A DNA stretch of 64,000 bases, filler included, from Diploschistes diacapsis (lineage: Eukaryota), in NCBI GenBank assembly GCA_023645945.1. It is 14 parts of 14 records of this genome, joined end to end, with 100 filler letters (N's around TTAATTAATTAA, not from the genome) between each part and the next. Parts side by side here need not be neighbours in the genome. Positions count along the whole stretch, not along the records: positions 25,760 to 28,657 come from JALAIB010002051.1; positions 28,758 to 31,654 come from JALAIB010002052.1; positions 31,755 to 34,651 come from JALAIB010002053.1; positions 34,752 to 37,644 come from JALAIB010002054.1; 10 more parts are not named here. One strand, 5' to 3'. Positions 26,149-37,744 of the stretch are shown one piece after another. Under the pieces are notes generated by a model that had not been told where the DNA came from, ran no database searches, and was given only the letters and a program-made list of their open reading frames with translations. Every line of letters begins with the position of its first letter. The stretch's first letter is position 1. Made by a program: the position numbers and the translations under genes.

Positions 26149-27770
26149 TCAAGCAACCTCAATTTCCTTGGAGTCAAGCCCGCTCTTCCTATCCTCGATT
26201 CTCTCCTCGGTGGCACCTTTCGAAAGCCCAATAGGCTCATCGATGTGGCTCGCTCTTCTTTCCTGCTCCTTTTTGATTCCAACCTCCACCTCACGGTAGG
26301 CATCAAGCTCTCTGGCCTTGTACAAATTCAGGTAGATGGGGAAAGTAAGTGAAATAAGGTAGCCGATTAATGGCATGATCATGGCTGTTTGCGCGTTTGT
26401 TGCATCGATGATGGCGCCAGTCATTGGTGGCCAAACTGCACCGCCAACAATTGAAGATACGAGGAAGGAACCACCTCGCTTAGTGTGTCTTCCAAGGCCA
26501 CGGAGCGATAAAGTGAAAATAGTCGAGAAGAGGCAGGACTCGAAGAAGAGAACCACGGAAAGACAGGCCAAACCTCCAGTTCCCGGAACAGCTATGGCAC
26601 AGATAATAAAGACTATACAACCAATCGTATAAGCGAGTAGGATGATCCTGGGTTTGTAGAATTTCATCAAGAAAGTGGCCGAAAATCGACCAATCGCGAA
26701 CAGAGATTGCGCGATGGCAAGCTGGATGGAGCCTTGACCCTGCGTCAAATCTGGGCGAACATGTATTGTGTAGTTGATGAAATAGTTTGCCACGGCCACT
26801 TGTGCCCCAACATATGAGGCTTGTGCAACAACTCCCCAGAAGAGCATGTACTGCTTGCGCATAGGTTTGTCCTCGTAGCCAGTATCTGATGCAGCGAGTT
26901 CGTTCGAATCGGCCATGTCGGAGTCGGTAACCTCGGGAATGGGCGCAAAGAAGAAAACCACTGCTAAGCAAAAGCTGGCGGAGATAAGCGAACAATATTA
27001 ATGACTGGGAAAGTTAAGGCGTACACAGCACACGCCACTCCCAAGTACACGAACTGAACAGACTGAAGAGACTCCACTCCTGCAGAGTCAGGCACATTGA
27101 CGAATATAGCGTATGTAGCGACCAGAGGCGCAACCACCGATCCAATAGCCTGGAATGATTGAGATAGATTGAGTCGTATCTCAGAGTATCTTGGAGGACC
27201 GCAAACGGAGATATATGGGTCAGCGGCCGTTTCGAGCGTTGCAAGGCCGGAGCCAACAATGAACATGCTTCCGCAGAAACCACCAAATGATCTAAACTTT
27301 CCAGAAGGCCAGAACATGAGAGCACCAACACCGTAGACGCAGAGGCCGGTGATGAAGGTCCAGCGGTAGCCAAACTTCCGGCAGATCCATCCGGACCAAG
27401 TCAAGGGACTGATGAAGTACGCTCTATAAATTGATTAGACAGGATTTGAGGATTCACATAAAGGCACCCACCCAAAATATGCAGCGGACAGGCCTCCTCC
27501 TTGAGCAGCTGTGACGCCGAGAACGGTTTGGAAATGAATGTTCAGAACATCAAGCAGTCCATAAGCGAAACCCCAGCAGAAGAACAGAGTTGTAACAAGG
27601 GCTACAGGAAAGATGGATTGTCGCAGAGTGATCTGAGACGCACCAGTGACTTGCCGGTTGCCCACTTTTTTAGCACGCTTGAGGGCGAGGGCATCAGCAG
27701 CTGAAGGCCTCCTTGCTTGCTGCTCATGCACATCTTCCAGTGTCGGCTCAGTCTTGACTATATCCAGCAT
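26149..27770 (-). CDS. MFS sugar transporter, L-fucose permease (FucP/FHS)-like
   Basis: LFFCWGFAYGLLDVLN, GSGLATLETAADPY, RLNLSQSFQAIG, YVGAQV, FESCLFSTIF; two introns. Confidence 0.9.
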
Positions 27771-28781
27771 TTTGGCGGTGTGGCCTCTAGATGGCAACTT
27801 GTGAGAATGATAGAAATTTCAGTGAAGTTCTCCATGACTGATCGAGGCCAAGCTAGCTTTTTGATTGATTAGGAGAGACGAGATCCACCAGCGCATCGGT
27901 GAGACTCCGCGAGTCAGCATGCAAGAACCTTACAGCACGCTGTATCTGCAGCCAGTGAGGTCCATTTCCTGTAGCTTCAATGGCCCCCGGCTGTTATCGT
28001 TATTCCACCTCTTGGAGGTCACATCGTTGACCATACGTTGGCTATAACGGTTATACCCCACTAATAAATGCGGAGTAAATGCGGGTGGATTGCGGTTGAG
28101 AAGATCGACGAAGTTCAGAGGATTTGTGTGGGACGCCGCCTTTGCCTTTTATGCAAGGCGGCAGGAGAGATCGGCAAATAACCTCACTCGCTGGCCCGAT
28201 GACATTGCCAGCCCACTGGCCCTTTTTCGAGAAAATCGAGTCTCGACTAGTGGAAGAACTCACTCTTATATCGACTCGTTCGCGTCTAGCTACCGGATAA
28301 GGTTGTGAATCAAGGTCTGGAAGCGCCCCTAGCATTGCCTTTTCCTTACTCCGACCCCTATCTCTGGGATGGTGAATACAAATCGCTTCTCAGCTGTGCG
28401 CAGCCCTCTCTGGAGCCTCAGTGGGTCTCAGACAAGATCTCAGCTGTTGATAATTGCAAAAACCTCTGGTGGAAAGGAGCAAAGATGCCCATTGACACTT
28501 ACATGCCAGCGACCGCTCCATCCCGTCCTGATTGCACACCCGACTTCATCTTGACCGTATCCCAATCTCCAGCATACTTGTCCTCCTAATCTGCGTTTCC
28601 GGTACTTCCTCCTCTTCCTCCTTTTCCATGTCCTCCTCTCCCGTCCCGTCCCCCCCANNNNNNNNNNNNNNNNNNNNNNNNNNNNNNNNNNNNNNNNNNN
28701 NTTAATTAATTAANNNNNNNNNNNNNNNNNNNNNNNNNNNNNNNNNNNNNNNNNNNNCCTTTTCCTTCTCCCCCGCCTACG

Positions 28782-30591
28782 TCAGTCTCCACCCTCGGTC
28801 CCTTGAACAAACTCGACCATGACCGTTCCGTTCCTCAGCCCCGCCTCCTCGACCGTGGTTTCGAGCTCGCCAATCAGGTTCTTTCCCATGGCTACCAGCT
28901 CAAACGGCACGCCCTGCTTCCCTTCCAACGGCTCCGCTTTTAGCCACTCGTACAACCTGCGCACGGGGTCCGCCAGCGCAAAGCGGCGGACAACGCGGCC
29001 CGTTGGATGTCTGAACTGGACGCGGGTCGTGTTGGGTTCCGTGGCCGCGGGTTCGGTGTGGGGAGAGGAGTCCGAGATGGCGTCGAAGGGGGACGGTTGA
29101 GCCGCTGGCGCTTCCGGTTCGGAACAAGCGGGTGGGGGAGTCAGCTGGCCGGAGATGCCGTTCGAAGCAGAAGGCGCGGAGGTGGTCGGTGCGTTGGCTG
29201 TTGCATCGATGCCGGCTTGCTCTTTCGAGACGTCGCCCATGCTGCGAGTAAGTGCATCCGGGTCGTCGTCCGAGCTGTCTCCCGCCGTCCGGCCCCCTTG
29301 GCCTGCGAGACTGGCCTGCATTGCCATTTCCAGCTGCTCCTCCTCCGTCATGCTGGCGACCCCCTTCCTTTGCTCTGGTTTCCGCTTCGCCACGGGGTTC
29401 CGCGCCGTGACCGACAAGCTATAACGGTCCAAGAACTCGTGTAGCTGCATCAGAAACTCCGAGGCTTTGGGGGCGGGAGGACCGGACCAAACTTTGACCT
29501 GCTCGCCCGTTCGCGGGTCGACGATGGCGATATGCGGATATGCTTCCGCATCGTCATGGTTGAGAAAGTAGTATTGCATGTACTGCTCGCCACGCGGATC
29601 GCCCGCGTTACACTGCATGAAGATGAAGTTTTCGCGGATTGTCTCCCTGATGCCCTCGTGCTTCCAGAGATCGCGATTGAGCACCTGACAGTCGAATATC
29701 GAAGGATCCTGCACGTTGACCATTATCCACTTCTGGCCCTCCTTTCCGTCCGCTCGTATGTCGTCCCACGAAAGCTTTGTCATGATATCGAAGGGCGGGC
29801 GGTACATTTCGGCGAGCAGAGTAGACTTGGACGTCGCCGTGGACGCCCCGCCAGTTGCGCGAGCCAATCTCTCCTGCCGATCCTCCCCGGCCGGTCCACT
29901 TGCTCCCCCTTCCTCGTTCCAGATAGAATCCTGCTGATTGAAGATTCCCGGTCTGCTTCCACGGGTACCTGTAAGGGGGGGGGGGTGGTGTCAAATGATG
30001 CAAGCGACATGGAAGTTTATGCAACTCACGAGCACGCATTTGTTCTCTCCGTGCCAGCTGCTCCATAACCGCAGCTCGCATCGCGTCCTCTGTGCTCCCG
30101 TAAGGATCTGGACCGACCAGCGTCTCCCTTGTCCGCGCTATGGGCGCCCGGTAGCCCTCTGCATCGACGTCTCCAGCCGGGGCCGTGGCACCTGAGCCAG
30201 CCAAACCCGCTTCGCCATATATTTCTTCCTGCAACCTCCTGGCCATAGCCTCGTCGGATTCTCCCGCAGACGCATGCGTAGTACCCGGGGGCGTCGGGCG
30301 TGCCGCCTGCGCCGCGGCGCCGGCTGTGCCTTCCATTTCATCGTCGGAGTCCAGATCGATGATGTCTTCTCTTGCTCTGCCGGGCTGAGTATCTGGCGGA
30401 GGAACCGGCGGAGGCTGGGTCGATCGAACTGCTGTATCTGGTGGGACATTCTCGTAAAGTTCAGCACCGTCAGTGTTGAAGAATAGCTCGATGGCTTGCT
30501 CCAGGTTGTTTTCTGATATGCTCAGATATTGCCGTGCCTTCTCGGGCAACGCGTCTGTGATGGCGATGAACTGGGTAATGGTGTCATCCAT
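28782..30591 (-). CDS. UBX5: UBA-UAS-UIM-UBX Cdc48 adaptor (Ubx5/UBXN7 type)
   Basis: N-terminal UBA-like (AIELFF), FDCQVLNRDLW (UAS), TEEEQLEMAMQASL (UIM), C-terminal UBX; one intron. Confidence 0.88.
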
Positions 30592-32212
30592 CCTAGGGAT
30601 GAGGGCAGACGCCCGGGATCGGATCGAAGCTGTTGGGCTTTGGGATTGAGGTCTGGAGCTGGAGGGATATAGATGGGACAAGAGCTTTCCGTTGTGGGAA
30701 ATGAGGCTTAACAAAGAATCTCCGGCTGGTTTTTTGATCACTGGATGGCCTTTTTCTGGTAGCCGTCAGCTTGAGGGACTTGGGTGGTTGCTGAAAAAGA
30801 CGATTTGGTTTAAAGCGTCAGACAGACCATTCTAGAAAGAGCAAAAAGAGTTATTGTACGCACAGCTGACTCTGTGCACTTGCTTGATAGATGTTTTGTT
30901 GTTTGCCTCACTTCGACACAAGACTGACCGCTTAGCACGCACGATGTTGAAAAAAGCTATGCTCTGAGAGGAGTGCGTCATTCCCTGCCTGTCTGCCCTT
31001 CCGTGCCTCGGCCCGAGCCATCTCGCTTGCACTACCGTTTTTGATCTAGCTCTTCCGAGTCGTCGGGCTTATCACCCATCTTGCCGCTCTGTATCCGAGT
31101 CCTGGTTTTGAAGCTTAAACTAACCAGCTACCGCCCCACCTTACCAGCCTACTGCTTACTAGGACTACTATTTCCACTCACACTCACTTACCGACTCAAG
31201 AACTCCGGAATCTCAGAGACTAGGGGTCCCAGCCCCCAGAATTGCTGAACTAGCATCTGGGGAACCAAAGAAAAAAAAGACCGGGGTTCTGCCAAGTTCG
31301 GCGTCCGGTTCCCGTGCCTTCTGCTTCCTGAACCCCAAGTTCCCAACTGAGGGGCCGGAAGGGAGTCCCCATCGAGTCGATGACTGACTGACACAAGTAC
31401 ATGGAGTACTCCGAACAATAACCACCTATAGCCACTACACAGTGCATCACCACGCACCAGCCAACCTTCTGTCCTGCTCTCTAAGAATGAAATCACTATT
31501 AATGAGGATGGGTAGCGGGACTTTCCGCGCTGTCAAAGTACCGGGAGAGGGATAGGAAGGCAAGCCAAATAAACTAGTAGTATACTACAGCGCTGCAGAT
31601 TGTACTAAGGACCGCGAATCGCCCAGTTGGGTCTGAGATCGTTGATAAGGGGGGNNNNNNNNNNNNNNNNNNNNNNNNNNNNNNNNNNNNNNNNNNNNTT
31701 AATTAATTAANNNNNNNNNNNNNNNNNNNNNNNNNNNNNNNNNNNNNNNNNNNNTTATGATACAAATAATTACCGCATCATGATATTCTTCAAATTATTC
31801 CAGATGAGGTTCCGTTTTAGTTTATAAAACATCTTTTCCTATCCTTTGGTTCAATTTAATGGGTAAGTGTTTTTAATTTTTTTAAATAATAAGAAATGAG
31901 TTAATAATTTTTTAATATAACGAGCGGTAATAATTATATATATAAAATAATAAACCCACGCGAGAATATATCTATATTAATTAAAACTATTCTAAAAAAA
32001 GAAATCAAATTACGGTCTAGCTCGCGAACTAAATAATGCGGTGAATTGTATAATCAAAGTTTTTTAATAATTCATTCGATCGTGCCGTGTCAACGACCAA
32101 TCGATAACGAGTCCGTGGAAACGACGTGTTAAACACGCGTCGATTACTTGTTAAAAGTCGATGTTTACCGTTCGTTACACGAAGGTTTTAGGAGGTTGAT
32201 GACTGGTCTAGA

Positions 32213-32462
32213 ACCTAATACAACACTATCGAGGATCCTACTAGCAATAATCAATTATTCTAGTAGTAGCTAGAGGCCATTAGGAAGCATGATTGGATTA
32301 CTGGATTAATGATCCAATAAATGTTGGATAGTTAGATGCAATATTTGGACCATGGATCCAAAATAATGTTGTATAATTATGTCCAATATTTATACTATAC
32401 TGTGGTACGAATAGTGTTGGATTAGGTGATCCAACATTATTGGGGATTATTAGGTAATACTG
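32213..32462. mobile_element. Degenerate foldback/hAT-like MITE remnant
   Basis: Inverted pair 32213-32229 / 32411-32427 (16/17 identical); repeated GATCCAA/TGGATT motifs; right end reads CAGTATT on the minus strand. Confidence 0.4.
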
Positions 32463-32993
32463 ATTACTAGTCATCATCAGCTGAAAGTATTTATAAAAGA
32501 TCTTTCACCCTCCCACCATTTATAGCGATTATCATCATCTCCATTCATTTGCTTATTATCTTTATTAATAATAAATTAGCTTCATACATTACCTCCTACA
32601 AGCATAATACTTTATTATTGTATACAATGTAACCAGCGATAGTAATGACCTATGCAAAGGGTCAGAATACTAACCTAAATAGGTTTGTCAGATTGCTTAT
32701 TAAGCTTCTAGTATGTTCGAATATTCTAGAAGGTTGTAGATGATTCTAAGATATTTTAGAACATAATAGAATATCATCGAAGATTATTCAATATTATCGA
32801 ATATTCTAGAATATTCTAGAATATTCGGCTTACTAATGCATAGAATATTTTGGAAGGATAAGGAACATTCTAGATTAAATTATTAATAATCACACTAGCG
32901 TGAAATGTGCCTATCAAAGGCCTCTCACCCTCCATTGTTAATACTCATCACCTTCATCATTATCAATACAATCATTGAACAATAGTCAGCTAC

Positions 32994-33097
32994 CAGGCTA
33001 GGCAGGCTAGGGATTATTTCCTAGTTAGGATTAGCTACAGAAGATATCTTAATCATTTGTCATTTATATTAGGAACTTGCACCACTTTCAACAAAAA
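32994..33097 (+). repeat. Terminus of an unclassified repeat, second copy at 46085-46187
   Basis: aggctaggcaggctagg...tatttcctagttagga...ttaggaactt..caccactttcaaca matches the reverse complement of 46085-46187. Confidence 0.7.
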
Positions 33098-33509
33098 GCA
33101 GCAAAGCCCGCGTAAGAATGTATCTTTATTAACTAAAACTATTGTGAAGAAGAAAAGGTGGACTATCGCGATCTCGCAGAATAAATAATTTAATAATTGA
33201 AAAACCTTTGTTCTATTATTAACTCGATTAATATCAACGCGTTAACGACGAATTAATAATATATTAATAACGCTTTAATAACAAATTAACAATGTTTCTA
33301 GTTCGTTGTATCAGCGTTTTCTTTTAAAGTTCGTCCCGAATTTATCTTATTGTTGTCTTGGATATCGGGGATGGCCAATTTTTTCTTAACAATTTAGTTT
33401 ATTTCTTTAGGTTTCGCGGTGGTTCTAACTTTTTTGAATATCTGCTATAATATGCTTTCAGTAATCAATAAGATCTGTTAAAATTATTTATAATATTTTA
33501 AACGGGGTC

Positions 33510-33677
33510 TGTAAAGGATGAAATGCAGTAGTGTGATATCAATGGTCATAGTATTCATGAACTAATCTATAGAGAAAAAAAGAGGAAATCCCTCTATAAA
33601 AACTCCTCTTATGTGGACCTACGGTCTTGGCGCGGCGTTAGAACTGAGTTCCTTCACTCGTCCGAAAAATTATGATA
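33510..33677 (+). mobile_element. Solo LTR (family B), RIP-altered
   Basis: Starts TGTAAAGG, ends TATGATA (TGTGACA after transitions); homologous to 309-372. Confidence 0.5.
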
Positions 33678-33681
33678 ATTA

Positions 33682-34651
33682 ACGTGTTTCACGGTCAGCT
33701 CGGCCACCCCCAAAGCTCGGCCATTTTAAATCACTACCGCTAACATTCTACGGTTTTTAGATATAACCTGTTCGTCGTAATTAGAATCTAATCGATCTAA
33801 ATCGAATCTATTTTTCTCTTTTTTATCCTTCTCGATTTTAGAAACGCGACGACGTTTTTTACGCGTTGTAAATCGTTTCGAAATTGTCCGACTCGATTTA
33901 ACCCGAGTTGTTATTTTAAGAATTTCGTTTGTATTAAATATAAAACGACCTTTTAATTCGATTCGTTTATTTAATTTACGTTTCTTACGATTATTAAGAA
34001 GCGTTTTTTGTTTTCGGTTTTCTTTACGAAACGTTATAAACTTAATATACGTCGATTTAAATATACGGGTTATTCGATTCGAATAATGTCGAATCGGGTT
34101 AATTAGTTTTAAAACGGCTCGCAACGTTTGATTAAACTTTTTATTAACCTTTCGTAGTTCGGTCGTATTTAATAAAAAGTTATATAATAAAAATAAATCC
34201 AAATCGAATTAATTCGAGCTTAAAAAAATTATAAAATAAAAATAAAAAAGTCCGATAAATCGAAAAAGCTTATTAAATACGGTTATAAAATTAATAAATT
34301 ATAATTTAACATTTATAAAACTTGTTTAAACGTTTCGATTTATAATAGCTCGATTTCGAGCTATTAAAAATAATTCGATTTATTCCGAATATACTATACG
34401 CGATTTATTTAATCGGGTAATATAATCCGTTTTTTACGTTAACGCGCTTTTTAACGGCGAAAATACTGCGATGTCGAATAGTTAAAGAAGATAAGAATTA
34501 TAAGGTAATAATATTATTAAATCGATTCGATTAGATATATAAAAACGAATAATATTGGCGATAATATGGCTGCTATAACCGTTTATAATTAATAAACGAC
34601 GCGTTTCGGGTCTATTCGGTCTAATTTAAAGGTTTAAAGATACGTATAAAC
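33682..34651 (-). mobile_element. Fot1/pogo DDE transposon, 3' part, RIP-inactivated
   Basis: TA-ACGTGTTTCAC TIR with internal AGCTCGGCCA repeat; degraded DDE motifs INGYSSH (from DGHxSH) and SYLL*LFDIAVFSPLK (from HLLQPLDVxVFxPLK). Confidence 0.85.
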
Positions 34652-34751
34652 NNNNNNNNNNNNNNNNNNNNNNNNNNNNNNNNNNNNNNNNNNNNTTAAT
34701 TAATTAANNNNNNNNNNNNNNNNNNNNNNNNNNNNNNNNNNNNNNNNNNNN

Positions 34752-37644
34752 ATATTCTACTGTTATTATAGAAGAAACATAATAAAAGTTTAATAAAGCT
34801 TGTTATAAAAGTTCATATATTTTTTAGCCAGAATTATTGCAGGGACAGATTGCTTATTCCTTTTATATATCTAGAAAGTTCAATATTGGGTGTAATGTTT
34901 CGAAATACTTCATTAATACAGCCTATAAAAAAGTAGATCAGAAGATACGTTCTAGCGACAAACTTAATCCGAATACTAGAACTGCGCTAAGAAGCTCGCC
35001 GACATAGAAAGAAACGGAATTACAGAGGATAATTTCAGCAATAAAAATAACACTAGACGACGAATATCCTGATCTTATTATTCCAAAATTTTTATAAATG
35101 CCTAGAGGAGAACGCCTTACGGAAGAACGGAAACAGGCCCTAAATATAGATAAACAACTTACTAAAGAAGAAAGAACATTATTATTAAAAGTACTATCAA
35201 ATCGAGAAATAACTTTAACCTAAGATTTCTCTCATATGGGACGCATACGTCTAAAGGTTGCGCCGCCTTAAGAAATAGATATCATCGATTACGAAACTTA
35301 ATAAATAAAATTCTTTCGCATTCCAAAAGCCCTAGAACCGGTAATGATCAAGATGCTTCAAGAAAGGATAAATACTGGAATATTAGAATACTACCAAGGA
35401 CCGTACCGGAATCTATGGTTTTTAATAGCCAAAACTGATCCTAGAAAGTATAGAATGATGAATGCGGCGATACATATTAACAAAATAACTCGTCGGAACG
35501 TTAATTTACCCCCTAGCACGAATAATTTTACAAAATCTTTCGCAGCACAGGCCGTAAGTTCCTTAATAAACATGTTCTTAGGATACGATCAGTACACCTT
35601 TCATAAAAGATCTCGTAATCTTACGGCCTTCTTAATTCCCTTAAATCTATTAAGGAGTACTATTCTACCATAAGGAAATATTAATTCGATCGGACAGTTT
35701 ATACGAATAATAATAACCATCTTTGTCGGTTTTTTTTATATAATTCAGCCCTTCCTTAACGACTTTAGAATCAAGGGCCCCAAACACATATATAATAAAA
35801 AAAAAGCTTTGCCTAATATACGGAAATATATATTTAAATATATACAAAATATCGATCAGGCTTTTTGTACGATGGAAATAATAGGTGCAGTTACTTCAGG
35901 AGGGAAGTCATAATGGTATATTGAAAAGTTAAAGATAATAAACTATCTTTATACCCCGGAAGAACGCTCTCCAGAATTAAAAAAGATCTTAAAAATAATA
36001 AATTAATCTATTTCGAGAAACATTACGCAAATAAAAGGATTCTTAAAGTATGTATCTACTATCGCATCTGAATTAAGGATTTTGCCGTTATCGCCTAATC
36101 TCTATATTAATTATTAAAGAAGGATTAACTTTTCTTATAAAGTCTTTATTAATAGCAGATTATAGATACCCTTAAACTATCACTTATTAATACCTTTATC
36201 CTAAAGCCGCTGGATTATACGATAATCGAGACCCAACCGATTATTCTAAGAATTAATATAAACAAGATTAGCTAGAAAGATTTTCTTAGACAACTAAATA
36301 TTGATAGAAAGCGTCGCCATATATTTAAATATAAGAACGGAATATAATCTTTTTCGGCAATAAAGTATGATACTAGAAAGCGCGAGTGCCGGGAATTACT
36401 AAAGATTTTAAAAAAAAATAAGGTTTTATTTATATGAAGTACATTTTATTCTTAAGTTGGACGTCAAAACCTTAATGTATCAACTAAATAAGTTCAATAC
36501 CGATCTATTAAGGATCCTCGTTAATAATTAACTTACATAAATTCAGCTTTTCGACTTCGAAGTGCGATATATCTTAAAAAAACATCATGTTATGATAGAT
36601 ACGCTCTTACGACGACCGCCTACAGAATTAGATTTAATAGATAAAAAAGATATAAACGATTTTATAAAATAATCCTTCGGGATTCGTTATCGGATTTACG
36701 TTTAAAATCATACGAATTATGCCGGATTTTCATCTCAGAACGATCCGGACGAATCTGAGCAGAAGATCCTGGAAATCAATAATCCCAGTATAAAAAGAAT
36801 CTTGCCTATGATTTTGAATCTTGATTCCCGTTATACTGGTAAGTATCAAAGGATAATAAAATATTTAACTTCCTTATAAAAACCATCTAGGATGTTTAGT
36901 ACCGACTTTAGGAATTTAAGACGCCAGATTATTTAATATCTGGTTCAGTATGGGGAACTTTTTAGACGCGGACGTCATTTATAGATAACACGAAAAGTAA
37001 TCGATAATTTTAACGAAAGAATACATATCCTGAAGGAAATATACCTCTAATTTAATTATCGGAGCTATAATATTACTTAAAAGATAATAACCCAGCGATA
37101 TTGATAAAACAAAATATATATAGATGCCAAATAGGTTTATAAGGAGTATCGGGAATGTCAGTTAAGGAAATTAAATCGCGAAGTAAATTTGATTTATTTA
37201 AGCTTTATTAATTATTTATAAACAGTGATTCACCTCGACGTCGTTAAGATGCCAAGTTGTCGAAATAAGCATTTTATAATATAAGCCAAGAATCATTTAT
37301 CCGGATGGGTTAAAGCACGAACTATTATTAAGAACGATTTTAAAACGGTTATCAAGTTTATTTATAAAGAATTAATTTATCGACATAGGATGTTCGGGAA
37401 GATGATCGTCGACGATAATCTAGAAAATAAAATAGAAGTTATCGATCTTTTAACTAAATACGGAATTCAACGAACCCAGATTTCGGCCTATAATCCTCTT
37501 GCAAATAATTTGGTTAAGCATGATTATCGCGTAATCATAAATGCACTAAATAAGTTAATTAATGACGGGAAAGGAGACTGGATATCGATTTTATTTTTAA
37601 TATTTTAGATAGAACGAGTCCCGATTAATATTACTATAAAAAGG
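34752..37644 (+). mobile_element. Ty3/gypsy pol (RT, RNase H, integrase), RIP-inactivated
   Basis: GPYRNLWFLIAK, INMFLGYDQ, PFLNDFRIKG (from xxDD), KYDTRKRECRELLK, integrase HLDVVKM and MIVDD..EN; many TAA/TAG stops. Confidence 0.9.
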
Positions 37645-37744
37645 NNNNNNNNNNNNNNNNNNNNNNNNNNNNNNNNNNNNNNNNNNNNTTAATTAATTAA
37701 NNNNNNNNNNNNNNNNNNNNNNNNNNNNNNNNNNNNNNNNNNNN

